A stretch of 30,928 nt of DNA from Candidatus Limnocylindria bacterium. Its GTDB lineage: Bacteria > Chloroflexota > Limnocylindria > P2-11E. Location of the stretch: NCBI GenBank assembly GCA_036569685.1, contig DATCQC010000102.1:1-30928 (forward strand). Direction: 5' to 3'. Shown piece after piece: positions 7,262 to 16,793 of the stretch. Positions within the stretch are counted from its first letter, which is position 1; each line of letters opens with the position of its first letter. The notes beneath the pieces were generated by a model. It had not been told where the DNA came from. It saw nothing but the letters and a program-made list of their open reading frames with translations, and searched no databases. A program made the translations under genes and the position numbers.

Positions 7262-8472
7262 TGTTTCTTGGCGCAGTTTCCCGACACGATGACCAAGCTC
7301 GCAGTCGAGCCAGATTGGACCACTGTTCCAGCAGCCGGCTGCTGGCTCACGACCGAGCAGGCCTTGCCCTTCGCCTGGGGATCAATCGTCCACGGGATCG
7401 GACCGCGGAAGCCCGCTGCGATGAGGGCCGTCGCGGCCTCATTTACGTCCTTCCCGACGACATCGGGTGTCGCCTGCACTGTCCCGGCCGTCGGCGCGGG
7501 CGTGCCGTTCGTGCCGCCGACGGTCACTGCGGGGAAGCGCGCGAAGAACAGGACGACCGCGACGAGGATCGCGAGCACGACGCCGAGCGCGAGGAGCGTG
7601 TCGAGCCGCGGCCACCGTCGCGACGACGAAGCGATGTTCGGCCGCAGGACCCGGGTGACCGGATCGTTCACCGCGTCCGACAGTGCCCGGGCGAACGCGC
7701 CGGCGGTGGCGTAGCGGCGATCCGGATCGCGCGCCAGGCCCTTCGCGATCACCGCGTCGGCGGTCTCCGAGAGACCGGCGTCGGCCGAGCGGATGTGCGG
7801 CGCGCCGCGCTCCAGCCGGTCGCGCAGGAGATCCTCATTCTCGGCACCGGCGAACGCGGGCTCGCCGGTGAGCAGCTCGTACGCGACGAGCGCGAGGCCA
7901 TACACGTCCGTCCGCGGCGTGACGGGCTTGCCCTCGACACGCTCGGGCGCGATGTACCGGGCCGTCCCGACGAGCTCGCGCTCGTCGCTGTCTCGCGCCG
8001 CCCGCGCGATCCCGAAGTCCGTGAGCTTCGCGTTGCCCGAGCCATCGACGATCACGTTCGCCGGTTTCACATCGAGATGCACGAGGCCGGCCTCGTGGGT
8101 CGCGTCGAGCGCGCCGGCGAGCTGGCGGATGAGCGTCGCGACCTCAGGCGCCGGGAGCGCACCGCGCTCGGTCACGATGTCGCGCAGGGACCGGCCGCGC
8201 ACCTCCTCCATCACGATGAACGCATCGCTCCCGTCCTGGCCCTCGTCGAACACGGTGACGATGTGCGGGTGGCTCACCGCGGCGGCGCGGCGGGCTTCCA
8301 TGGTGAAGCGCTCGCGGAATGCCGGCTCGGCCTCCGCGCCCAGCACCTTCACGGCGACGTCGCGGTCGAGTCGCAGGTCGCGGGCGCGCCAGACCTCGGC
8401 GGTCCCGCCCCGGTCGATCCGTTCGGTCAGGCGATAGCGACCCGCGAGGAGGCGCCCTGTTGGATCGGGCAT
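7258..8472 (-). CDS. Hanks-type Ser/Thr protein kinase with TM helix and a single PASTA domain
   Basis: Motifs VAVK, HLDVKPAN, DFGIARA, GTARYIAPE and DVYGLA. TM segment LLALGVVLAILVAVVLFF. PASTA-like PDVVG...AGF...VVSQQPAAG...GS. ATG 8472 has GAGAGG upstream; alternative ATG at 8484. Confidence 0.9.
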   Translation of the reverse strand: MPDPTGRLLAGRYRLTERIDRGGTAEVWRARDLRLDRDVAVKVLGAEAEPAFRERFTMEARRAAAVSHPHIVTVFDEGQDGSDAFIVMEEVRGRSLRDIVTERGALPAPEVATLIRQLAGALDATHEAGLVHLDVKPANVIVDGSGNAKLTDFGIARAARDSDERELVGTARYIAPERVEGKPVTPRTDVYGLALVAYELLTGEPAFAGAENEDLLRDRLERGAPHIRSADAGLSETADAVIAKGLARDPDRRYATAGAFARALSDAVNDPVTRVLRPNIASSSRRWPRLDTLLALGVVLAILVAVVLFFARFPAVTVGGTNGTPAPTAGTVQATPDVVGKDVNEAATALIAAGFRGPIPWTIDPQAKGKACSVVSQQPAAGTVVQSGSTASLVIVSGNCAKKQ

Positions 8473-8490
8473 GTTGCCTCTCATCGCAAG

Positions 8491-8590
8491 TTTCGTGCGG
8501 CCGGGCCCGGCTTAGCCGGCCCCGGCCGAGTCCCATTCACTTTCGTGCGGCCGGGCCCGGCTTAGCCGGCCCCGGCCGAGCCTCATTCAA
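8491..8590. repeat. Two tandem 50-bp direct repeats, each an imperfect palindrome (REP-like)
   Basis: 8491-8540 and 8541-8590 match at 47 of 50 positions. Each contains CGGCCGGG-C-CCGGC-TTA-GCCGG-C-CCCGGCCG. Confidence 0.9.
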
Positions 8591-8618
8591 ATGGACGGCA
8601 ACTCCGGTGCCGCAGCGC

Positions 8619-9770
8619 CTATGTCAGGGTGACCAGGGCCGCGAGGGCGTCCTCGTAGATCGAGTCGCTCCGCGCGATCGTGAGCTCCTCGCCGAGCAGC
8701 TCGCTGACGCCCGGGCGCCCGAGCGGCACGATGCGCTCGGACATGCCGCGGCCGCCGACCGTGACGAGCGCGGTCGCATGCGTGGTCGCCTCGGACCGCT
8801 TCACGACGAACTCGGCGTGGCGGCCCCCATCCTCGGATTGGATGCGCAGGCCGGAGAGGTCTCCCTCACTGAGCCCCCGGATGAACCGTGGTCGCACGCG
8901 CACGGGGATCTCCTGGCCGTCGGGCCGTCGCATCGCGAACAGCAGGCCGCCGGCCTCGGATGGGGCGAGCGATTCGATCGCGGTCCAACCGAGGCGCGAC
9001 GCGAGCCACGCGATGAACAGGAGCGCCTGCGACGGGTGGATCTCGCGGCCATCCGCATCGACCGCGAACCCGACGCGGATGCCGGTGATGGTGTCCAGGA
9101 ACGGCCGCCACGCAGGAACGTCGAAGAACTGCATGACCAGCTCGCGCCACGGGGTGATGCGCGTCCAGTTGAAATCGGTGACGCCGTACCGTCTGTCGCC
9201 GGCCCGAGCGACGGCATGCAGCCGTGGCAATGTGCGATCCGGCCGCGCGAAATCACCGGAGTCGACGATGAGGCGGTTCGCGAGTCGGAGCAGGTCGTCG
9301 AAGAACGGCAGGTCGAGGGGCGGCGTCTCGGTCCACCAGAGGAACACGGGCAGGTCGGGCAGCAGCAGCGGGATCACGGCGCTCACGAGGCGGCGATCCG
9401 CGGCGCCGCGCGCGCGGATGAGGATCTGCTCGTAGCTCACCTGCTGCGCTCCATCCGGATGTGACAGGTGGCAATGCATCTCGAGCTCGGGCGTGCCACC
9501 GCCCGGTTCGCGGTCGGCGACGATGACGATCGCGCGCGACGGATGGCGCGTCGCGAGCTGATCGATGGTCGCGGCCGCGCGGCGCGCATGGATCTCGCGG
9601 GTGGCGAACACGACGAGATTGAGGACCGACGCGCGCGCGACCGGCACGCCGTGCTCCTTCGCGTGCGCGCCGCTCGATCTGCGGAGTCGCGCGAGCTCTC
9701 GCTCGAGGGCCGACACGCTGTCGGTGCGCGCGCCCCACACGGTCTCATCGATCGTCGACATGACGCTCAT
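8619..9770 (-). CDS. opcA: Glucose-6-phosphate dehydrogenase assembly protein OpcA
   Basis: Motifs RASVLNLVV, RHPSRAIV, LLLPDLPVFLWW, RLIVDS and DFNWTRITPWR. Lies directly downstream of zwf. Start ATG 9770 (or 9761). Confidence 0.88.
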   Translation of the reverse strand: MSVMSTIDETVWGARTDSVSALERELARLRRSSGAHAKEHGVPVARASVLNLVVFATREIHARRAAATIDQLATRHPSRAIVIVADREPGGGTPELEMHCHLSHPDGAQQVSYEQILIRARGAADRRLVSAVIPLLLPDLPVFLWWTETPPLDLPFFDDLLRLANRLIVDSGDFARPDRTLPRLHAVARAGDRRYGVTDFNWTRITPWRELVMQFFDVPAWRPFLDTITGIRVGFAVDADGREIHPSQALLFIAWLASRLGWTAIESLAPSEAGGLLFAMRRPDGQEIPVRVRPRFIRGLSEGDLSGLRIQSEDGGRHAEFVVKRSEATTHATALVTVGGRGMSERIVPLGRPGVSELLGEELTIARSDSIYEDALAALVTLT

Positions 9771-9774
9771 CGCG

Positions 9775-11301
9775 CTACGGCTTCCGCCACGTCCGCCCAT
9801 CCTGGGCGATGAGCAGATCCGCCTCGGCCGGCCCCCACGTCCCGGCTGGGTAGACCGGCACCGCGCTCCGGCCGGCGGCCCAGGCCTGCGCGATCGGGTC
9901 GACGAAGCGCCACTGTTGCTCGACCTCGTCCTGGCGCGTGAACAGCGTCGCGTCGCCACGGAGCGCGTCGAGGATGAGCGTCTCGTACGCGTCGGGCGCG
10001 TCGACCATGAACGACGCTCCGTAGACGAAGTCCATGTTCACCGAACGGATACGGATGCCCTGCACCGGGACCTTCGCCCCGAACTTCAGCGAGATGCCCT
10101 CGTCGGGCTGGATGCGCAGGACGAGGGCGTTCGGCTCCATTCCCTCGGCCGCCTCGCGCGAGAACACCGCGTGTGGCGCCGCGCGGAAATGGATCGCGAT
10201 CTCCGTCGCGCGCTTGGGCAGCCGCTTGCCGGTGCGCAGGTAGAACGGCGTTCCCTCCCACCGCCAGTTGTCGATGAACGCACGGATCGCGAGGAAGGTC
10301 TCGGTCTTCGAGTCCGGCGCGACACCGTCCTCCTCGCAGTAGCCGCGGACCGGGGCGCCCTCGATGAAGCCGGGACCGTACTGGCCGCGGATGACGTTGC
10401 TGTCGGCCTCCTCCGTCCTGATCGGGCGGACCGCCCGCAGCACCTTGAGCTTCTCGTCGCGAACGGACTTCGCGTCGAACGAGACCGGCGGCTCCATGCC
10501 GACGAGCGCCACGAGCTGGAGCAGGTGGTTCTGGACGATGTCCCGGAGCGCGCCCGCCTGCTCGTAGTACGCGCCGCGCTCCTCGATCCCGAGCGACTCG
10601 GCAACGGTGATCTGCACGTGATCGACGTACTGGCGGTTCCAGATCGGCTCGAAGATCCCGTTCGCGAACCGCAGCACGAGGATGTTCTGGACCGTCTCCT
10701 TCCCGAGGTAGTGGTCGATGCGGAAGATCTCGTCCTCGGTGAAGACGCCCTGGAGCTTCGCCGACAGCTCGGTCGCGCTCCCAAGATCGTGGCCGAACGG
10801 CTTCTCGACGACGACGCGCGCGTTCACGTTCTCCGTGAGGCGATGCTCTTTGATGAGGTCCGTGATCGGACCGTATGCCGAAGGGGGCGTCGCGAAGTAG
10901 AACAGCCGGTTCCCGTTCGTCCCGGCGCGGACGTCGAGGTCGGCGAGGGTGTGCCGAAGGGTCTCGTAACCCTCGCCGTCGCGCGTCGAGACGTAGTGGA
11001 CGCTCTCGGCGAAGCTCCGCCAGACGTCCTCGTTGATCGGCTTCGTGCGCGAGAACTTCACGAGATCGGCGTGAAGGCTCTCGCGGAACTGCTCCGATGT
11101 GAGGTCGGCCCGGGCGGCTCCGACGACCGCGAAGGCCGCCGGGAGCAGCCGCTGCAGGGCCAGGTTGTAGAGCGCGGGCACGATCTTCCGCGCCGCGAGG
11201 TCGCCCGTCGCGCCGAAGATCACGAGCGCGCAGGGCTGCGGCGTCCGCGCGAGCCGCGGGCCCGCGCGCAGCGGGTTCGCGAGCGGCGGCGCGACCGTCA
11301 C
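9775..11301 (-). CDS. zwf: Glucose-6-phosphate 1-dehydrogenase
   Basis: Motifs IFGATGDLA, VVEKPFG, RIDHYLGKETVQN, RDIVQNHLLQ and FYLRTGKRL. Confidence 0.97.
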   Translation of the reverse strand: MTVAPPLANPLRAGPRLARTPQPCALVIFGATGDLAARKIVPALYNLALQRLLPAAFAVVGAARADLTSEQFRESLHADLVKFSRTKPINEDVWRSFAESVHYVSTRDGEGYETLRHTLADLDVRAGTNGNRLFYFATPPSAYGPITDLIKEHRLTENVNARVVVEKPFGHDLGSATELSAKLQGVFTEDEIFRIDHYLGKETVQNILVLRFANGIFEPIWNRQYVDHVQITVAESLGIEERGAYYEQAGALRDIVQNHLLQLVALVGMEPPVSFDAKSVRDEKLKVLRAVRPIRTEEADSNVIRGQYGPGFIEGAPVRGYCEEDGVAPDSKTETFLAIRAFIDNWRWEGTPFYLRTGKRLPKRATEIAIHFRAAPHAVFSREAAEGMEPNALVLRIQPDEGISLKFGAKVPVQGIRIRSVNMDFVYGASFMVDAPDAYETLILDALRGDATLFTRQDEVEQQWRFVDPIAQAWAAGRSAVPVYPAGTWGPAEADLLIAQDGRTWRKP

Positions 11302-11308
11302 GGCCGGC

Positions 11309-12208
<900 letters not shown>

Positions 12209-12245
12209 GTCGAGGTCTCCAATCCGCGATCGTCGCCGACAGGCG

Positions 12246-12252
12246 TAGGGTA
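12246..12252. promoter_or_regulatory. Overlapping -10 hexamers of a probable bidirectional tkt/gnd promoter
   Basis: TAGGGT (+, 12246-12251) lies 6 nt before the tkt ATG. TACCCT (-, 12252-12247) points towards gnd. Confidence 0.55.
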
Positions 12253-12257
12253 ATTCC

Positions 12258-14123
12258 ATGGCCACGGCCAGCCAGACGCCCACGAAGGTCGACCTCCATC
12301 GCGAGATCGCACGGCAGCTCCGCGCGGATTCGATCCGCTGCTCGACCGCGGCGGGCTCGGGCCATCCGACCTCGTCGCTCTCCGCCGCAGATCTCATCGC
12401 GGTGCTGCTCGTGACCCACCTGCGGTACGACTGGTCGACGCCGAAGGCTCCGGCGAACGACCACCTGATCTTCAGCAAGGGCCACGCGTCACCGCTGTAC
12501 TACGCGATGCTCCGGGCGGCCGGCGCGATCGACGACGCCGAGCTTGCGACCTTCCGCAAGATGGGCAGTCGCCTCGAAGGGCACCCCACGCCGATCCTCC
12601 CGTGGACCGACGTCGCGACCGGTTCGCTCGGCCAGGGTCTGCCGATCGCGGTCGGCGAGGCGCTCGCCGCGAAGCGCCCGCTGAACGCGCCGTTCCACGT
12701 GTGGACGCTGACCGGCGACAGCGAGCTCGCCGAAGGCTCGATCTGGGAGGGCCTCGACCACGCCGGGCACGAGGGGCTTTCGAACTTCACGGCGATCTTC
12801 GATATCAACCGGCTCGGACAGCGCGGCCCGACGGAGCTCGAGTGGAACGTCGACGCGTATGCGGCGCGCGTGAAGGCGTTCGGCTGCGATCCGATCGTGA
12901 TCGATGGCCACGATGTCTCGGCCATCGACGACGCGCTTGGGCGCGCGCGGCAGGCGGAGCGGCCGACGGTCATCGTCGCGAAGACCGTGAAGGGCAAGGG
13001 CGTGTCCTTCCTCGAGAACAAGGAGGGCTGGCACGGGAAGGCCCTCGACCCCGAGCAGGCGAAGCAGGCCCTCGCGGAGCTCGGCGCGGTCGCTTCGCGC
13101 ACGTTCGCGACGATCAAGCCCGACGCGTGGACGCCGCGACCGACGCCGCCGGCGAAGAAGCCCGAGCTTGCGACGTACACCGAGCCGCTCGCGACGCGGA
13201 AGGCCTACGGGGAGGCGCTCGCCGCGCTCGGCGCCGCGCGCTCGGATGTCGTCGTCCTCGACGCGGAGGTGAGCAACTCGACGCACGCGGAGGACTTCAA
13301 GAAGACCGCGCCGGATCGCTTCTTCGAGATGTACATCGCCGAGCAGCAGATGATCGCCGCCGCGGTCGGCATGCAGGTGCTCGGGCTCGTCCCGTTCGCC
13401 TCGACGTTCGCCGCATTCATGACCCGCGCGTACGACTTCATCCGGATGGCGGCGATCTCGCAGGCGAACATCCGGCTCTCCGGATCGCACGCCGGCGTCT
13501 CGATCGGCGAGGACGGTCCCTCGCAGATGGCGCTCGAAGACCTCGCGATGATGCGCGCGGTCTTCGGCAGCACCGTCCTGTACCCCTGTGATGCGAATCA
13601 GACCGCGCGCCTCGTTGCGCTCATGGCGGACCAGAAGGGCATCAGCTACATCCGCACGACCCGAGAGAAGACGCCGATCCTCTATTCGGACCGGCTCGAT
13701 GACTTCCGCATCGGCGGCTCGCGCATCGTGCGCGGCGGCGGAGCGGACGATGCGGTCGCGGTGATCGCCGCCGGCATCACGGTGCACGAGGCCGTGAAAG
13801 CCGCGGACCAGCTCAAGGATGCAGTGAAGGTCCGGGTCATCGACGCGTATTCGGTGAAACCGATCGACGCCGACGCGCTGGTCGACGCGGTCCAGACCAC
13901 CGGGGGTCTGCTCATCGTCGTCGAGGATCACTGGCCGGAGGGCGGGATCGGCGACGCCGTGCTCGCCGCGCTCGCGGCCGCCGATGTGAGCGGCGAGCTC
14001 GTCCGATTCGTCCATCTGGCGCCGCGCGAGATGCCCGGTTCGGGGAAGCCGGCCGAGCTGCTCGCGGCGGCCGGGATCGACGCGGCCGCGATCGTCGCCG
14101 CGGTCAAGGATCTCACCGGGTAG
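12258..14123 (+). CDS. tkt: Transketolase (single-chain, 621 aa)
   Basis: Motifs GSGHPTSS, FSKGHA, LEGHPTP, TGSLGQG, GDSELAEGSIWE (ThDP-binding), EMYIAEQQM and GEDGPSQM. Confidence 0.95.
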   Translation: MATASQTPTKVDLHREIARQLRADSIRCSTAAGSGHPTSSLSAADLIAVLLVTHLRYDWSTPKAPANDHLIFSKGHASPLYYAMLRAAGAIDDAELATFRKMGSRLEGHPTPILPWTDVATGSLGQGLPIAVGEALAAKRPLNAPFHVWTLTGDSELAEGSIWEGLDHAGHEGLSNFTAIFDINRLGQRGPTELEWNVDAYAARVKAFGCDPIVIDGHDVSAIDDALGRARQAERPTVIVAKTVKGKGVSFLENKEGWHGKALDPEQAKQALAELGAVASRTFATIKPDAWTPRPTPPAKKPELATYTEPLATRKAYGEALAALGAARSDVVVLDAEVSNSTHAEDFKKTAPDRFFEMYIAEQQMIAAAVGMQVLGLVPFASTFAAFMTRAYDFIRMAAISQANIRLSGSHAGVSIGEDGPSQMALEDLAMMRAVFGSTVLYPCDANQTARLVALMADQKGISYIRTTREKTPILYSDRLDDFRIGGSRIVRGGGADDAVAVIAAGITVHEAVKAADQLKDAVKVRVIDAYSVKPIDADALVDAVQTTGGLLIVVEDHWPEGGIGDAVLAALAAADVSGELVRFVHLAPREMPGSGKPAELLAAAGIDAAAIVAAVKDLTG

Positions 14124-14176
14124 CGGTCCCCGCGGGGTCGTCTGGCATCATGTAGCGGTCGCGTAGGGGAGGGCCC

Positions 14177-14743
14177 GTGGACATTTCCATCGTCCTCATC
14201 GTCATCGTCGTCATCCTCGTCCTGTTCCTCGTCACCACCTACAACCGCCTCGTCACGCTGCGGCAGCGGGTGAAAGAGGCCTGGTCGGACATCGACATCC
14301 AGCTGAAGCGTCGTCACGACCTCATCCCGAACCTCATCGAGACCGTGAAGGGGTACGCGGCGCACGAGCGCGGCACGTTCGAGGCGGTCACGAACGCGCG
14401 CGCGCAGGCCGTCGCAGCCGGTGCGTCAGGGTCGCCGCAGCAGATGGCCCAGGCCGAGAATGTCCTGACCGGAGCGCTGCGGTCGCTGTTCGCGGTGGCC
14501 GAGAACTATCCGCAGCTGCAGGCTGTGCAGGAGTTCAAGGATCTGTCGGAGAACCTCACCGCCACCGAGGACAAGATCGCGTTCGCCCGCCGCTTCTACA
14601 ACGGGAACGTCCGTGACTACAACACCGCGCTCCAGACCTTTCCGACGAACATCCTGGCCGGGACGTTCGGCTTCAAGCCGGAGCAGTACTTCGAGCTCGC
14701 GGACCAGACGGACCGCGAGGTCCCGCAGGTGAAGTTCACCTAG
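14177..14743 (+). CDS. lemA: LemA family protein
   Basis: N-terminal TM. Motifs YNRLV, AWSDIDIQLKRRHDLIPNL, AENYPQL, EDKIAFARRFYN and FPTNILA. GGGAGG SD. Confidence 0.93.
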   Translation: MDISIVLIVIVVILVLFLVTTYNRLVTLRQRVKEAWSDIDIQLKRRHDLIPNLIETVKGYAAHERGTFEAVTNARAQAVAAGASGSPQQMAQAENVLTGALRSLFAVAENYPQLQAVQEFKDLSENLTATEDKIAFARRFYNGNVRDYNTALQTFPTNILAGTFGFKPEQYFELADQTDREVPQVKFT

Positions 14744-14747
14744 CGAG

Positions 14748-15689
14748 ATGGCCCAGCCAGGCGGCCAGAGCTTCGTGCCGCGCGTCTCGATGTACGAGGC
14801 GCAGGCCCAGAACCGCTGGCGCACGGTGCTGCTCATCTTCTTCTTCACGCTGATCGTCGTCGCGATCGCGTTCGTGTTCGGTGACATCTTCGGTGGGAGC
14901 TCGAGCGCGGGCGTCGTGTTCATCCCGGTCGCCATCGCGTTCTCCGCAGGCTCGTCACTGCTCTCGTACTTCGCCGGGGACAAGCTCGTGCTCGCGCAGA
15001 GTCACGCGCAGGAAGTGCCGGAGGGCGAGGAGAAGGTCTTGCGCGACGTCGTCGAGACGCTCGCCCTCGGTCTCGGCATCCCGACACCGAAGCTCTACGT
15101 CATCGAGGACCCCGCACCGAACGCGTTCGCGACCGGCCGCGACCCGCAGCACGCGTCGGTCGCGGTGACGCGGGGTCTGCTCGAGACGATGGATCGCTCG
15201 GAGCTCGAGGGCGTGATCGCCCACGAGCTCTCCCACGTAGGCAACCGCGACATCCGCGTGATGCTCCTCGTCACCGTGCTCGTGGGGACGGTCGCGCTTC
15301 TCTCCGACTGGCTCCTGCGATCGATGTGGTGGGGCGGGCGGTCGCGCGACCGCAACAGCAGCGGCGGGGGCGGGATCCTCCTCCTCGTCGGCGTCGTGCT
15401 CGCGATCCTCACGCCGATCATCGCGACGCTCATCCAGCTGGCGGTCTCGCGCCAGCGCGAATACCTGGCCGACGCGTCGGGCGCGTTCCTCACGCGGTAC
15501 CCGGAGGGCCTCGCGAGCGCGCTTCGGAAGATCGCCGCCGACCAGCACGTGCTGAGCGTCGCGAACAAGGCGACCGCGTCGCTGTACATCGCGAATCCGC
15601 TGAAGGACCACCCGTTCGGGTTCGACGGTCTCTTCGACACGCATCCGCCGATCGAGGAGCGCATCAAGCGGCTCGAAGCGATGGCGTGA
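14748..15689 (+). CDS. htpX: HtpX-like membrane zinc metalloprotease (M48)
   Basis: Motifs PNAFATG, AHELSH (HExxH), SRQREYLAD and FDTHPP. Follows lemA. Confidence 0.92.
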   Translation: MAQPGGQSFVPRVSMYEAQAQNRWRTVLLIFFFTLIVVAIAFVFGDIFGGSSSAGVVFIPVAIAFSAGSSLLSYFAGDKLVLAQSHAQEVPEGEEKVLRDVVETLALGLGIPTPKLYVIEDPAPNAFATGRDPQHASVAVTRGLLETMDRSELEGVIAHELSHVGNRDIRVMLLVTVLVGTVALLSDWLLRSMWWGGRSRDRNSSGGGGILLLVGVVLAILTPIIATLIQLAVSRQREYLADASGAFLTRYPEGLASALRKIAADQHVLSVANKATASLYIANPLKDHPFGFDGLFDTHPPIEERIKRLEAMA

Positions 15690-16732
15690 CCGGAGAACAA
15701 CCTCCGGAGCAGCCCCGGCCGTCCTCTGACCAGTCGCTCTTCATCGCCGCCGGAGTCTCCATCGCGCTCGTGGCGGTGGCGATCCTCGGGGGCGTCGGCA
15801 TCTCGCGGCTCGCGCGGGCCCCCACGCCGTCACCGTCCCCGACCCCGACGCCGTTCGTGCGCATCTCCCCGACCGAGCCACCGGACACCGGTCCCCTGGT
15901 GTTCACGCAGCCGCTGTCCGCGGGATGCGCGGCGGGCGACTCGGTGTACGTCGTGTCCGACGGTGGCGGCATCGGCCGGTTCGTGTTCGATCGCTGGCAG
16001 CTCATCGATCCCACCGCGCGTTCGCTCTCGGCGACGGCGTGCCGGGGTGACCAGTTGACCGCCGTCGGTGGCGGCGGCCGGGTCGTCACGATCGACGATC
16101 GTCTCCAGACGATCCGCTCCGACACGGTCCAGTTCGCGGACTTCCTCGGCCTCGCGCCGCTCGCGGATGGGAACCTCGTGGTCGGCAGGATGGGGACGGT
16201 GGAGCGGCAGGACGCGAACGGCTGGGGCCTGTACGCCGGCGGGATCGACGAGGACCTCTACGCGATCGCGGCGTTCAGCCCGACCTCGGCCTGGGCCGTC
16301 GGCGACGCCGGCGTCACGTACCGGCTGGAGTCCGCGGGCTGGCGCCCGGTGGCGACCGGGGTGACCGCGACGCTGCGGGCGATCGCCGCGCGCGCCGTCG
16401 ACGACGCCGTGGTCGTGGGCGACGACGGGACCATCCTCGTGTGGGACGGTACGTGGAAGAGCGTGGTCCCTCCGGTCCATGTCGGCTTCCACGCGGCGCT
16501 CCGGACCGACGACGGCACGTACGTCGCCGGCGATGGCGGCACGCTGCTCCGGTTGAGCGGGACCCCGGCGGCGCCGGCCTTCTCCCGCGTGGATCTCGGC
16601 GCGACCTGCACCCTGCGGGCGCTGTTCGGCCGCGGCACCGACCTCTGGGTCGTCGGCTCGGACGGTGGCCATGCGGGCGTGTGGCGGATCTCGCCCGGAG
16701 GCTCCGTCTTTCACTGGGGGCAATGCGCGTAG
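15686..16732 (+). CDS. Membrane-anchored beta-propeller protein (Ycf48/BNR-like repeats), function unknown
   Basis: GTG overlaps the htpX stop. TM helix, PTPSPSPTPTP linker, then repeats of the type L(Y/R)AI......AW(A/V)VGDxG. Confidence 0.75.
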   Translation: MTGEQPPEQPRPSSDQSLFIAAGVSIALVAVAILGGVGISRLARAPTPSPSPTPTPFVRISPTEPPDTGPLVFTQPLSAGCAAGDSVYVVSDGGGIGRFVFDRWQLIDPTARSLSATACRGDQLTAVGGGGRVVTIDDRLQTIRSDTVQFADFLGLAPLADGNLVVGRMGTVERQDANGWGLYAGGIDEDLYAIAAFSPTSAWAVGDAGVTYRLESAGWRPVATGVTATLRAIAARAVDDAVVVGDDGTILVWDGTWKSVVPPVHVGFHAALRTDDGTYVAGDGGTLLRLSGTPAAPAFSRVDLGATCTLRALFGRGTDLWVVGSDGGHAGVWRISPGGSVFHWGQCA

Positions 16733-16741
16733 CGCCTGGCG

Positions 16742-16768
16742 GGAACGGGCGCATAATCTCGCCGTTCC
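16742..16768 (+). promoter_or_regulatory. Inverted repeat flanking a CATAAT -10-like hexamer upstream of the ABC operon
   Basis: GGAACGG (16742-16748) and CCGTTCC (16762-16768) enclose CATAAT (16752-16757). GGAGG SD at 16783-16787. Confidence 0.45.
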
Positions 16769-16793
16769 GCGGCACGCGGGCGGGAGGATGAAC

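Noticed and set aside
8491-8590. CRISPR mini-array or intrinsic terminator
   Set aside because: The units are contiguous with no unique spacers, no cas genes are present, and no U-tract follows the hairpins on the transcribed (minus) strand.
14128-14137. Palindrome CCCCGCGGGG after tkt
   Set aside because: It is short and all-GC, with no loop or U-tract, and is likely by chance.
15686-16732. Photosystem II assembly factor Ycf48 implying photosynthesis
   Set aside because: Only the generic propeller repeat is shared, and there is no photosynthesis gene context.
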